Assembly (NCBI GenBank): GCA_964016885.1 | Contig: OZ024742.1 | Location: 211,048,001 to 211,112,000, forward strand | Source: Eledone cirrhosa | Taxonomy: Eukaryota | DNA length: 64,000 bases | Direction: 5' to 3' | Shown: piece after piece, positions 63,821-64,000 of the stretch | Layout of the letters: each line of letters starts with the position of its first letter | Numbering within the stretch: position 1 is the first letter of the stretch | Notes under the pieces: generated by a model | Told to the model about the DNA's origin: nothing | The model's input: only the letters and a program-made list of their open reading frames with translations | The model's database searches: none | Translations under genes and position numbers: made by a program

Positions 63821-64000
63821 TAGGAAACAGGGTCCTGGAAAGCAAGATCAACAGGGGCAAGCATTTGCCCAGGCAAGGCTAGAGGAGCACCATACAGTAA
63901 TTCGGTCGGGGAGAACCCAAGGTCCTCCTTTATTGATGACTGAATTCCTAACAACACAATAGGAAGGTACTCGCTCCAACGTTGAGAGTCTGGATAGGCG

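Overview
This is AT-rich eukaryotic (animal) genomic DNA. The SINE/LINE repertoire and (TA)n tracts resemble octopus/cephalopod genomes, which is an inference. Most of the window is nested transposable elements: several RTE-clade LINE families (one intact 1039-aa ORF with a C4HC3 PHD-type finger inside the RT and a ~409-bp x ~9 tandem array at its 5' end, plus three near-identical truncated sisters), two R4/Dong LINEs, a Tx1/L1-type LINE, CR1-group and CRE-like remnants, and several Penelope-like elements (PLEs). It also holds tRNA-derived SINEs, a Tc1/mariner relic, a piggyBac-type MITE and a Gypsy 3' end with tandem LTRs. One mostly repeat-free island (~21.5-26.2 kb) contains a 299-aa orphan ORF with an NLS, a SUMO-interacting motif and an exact histone H3 tail mimic (KQTARKS). 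I hand-folded seven type I hammerhead ribozyme motifs from five unrelated sequence families. Two carry a compensatory U3-A8 core, and two lie in a non-coding 504-bp-period retrozyme-like element. Both large PLE copies join their N-terminal ORF to the RT ORF through an in-frame U_UUU_UUA slippery site. All alignments and folds were done by eye, so boundaries of degenerate elements are approximate.
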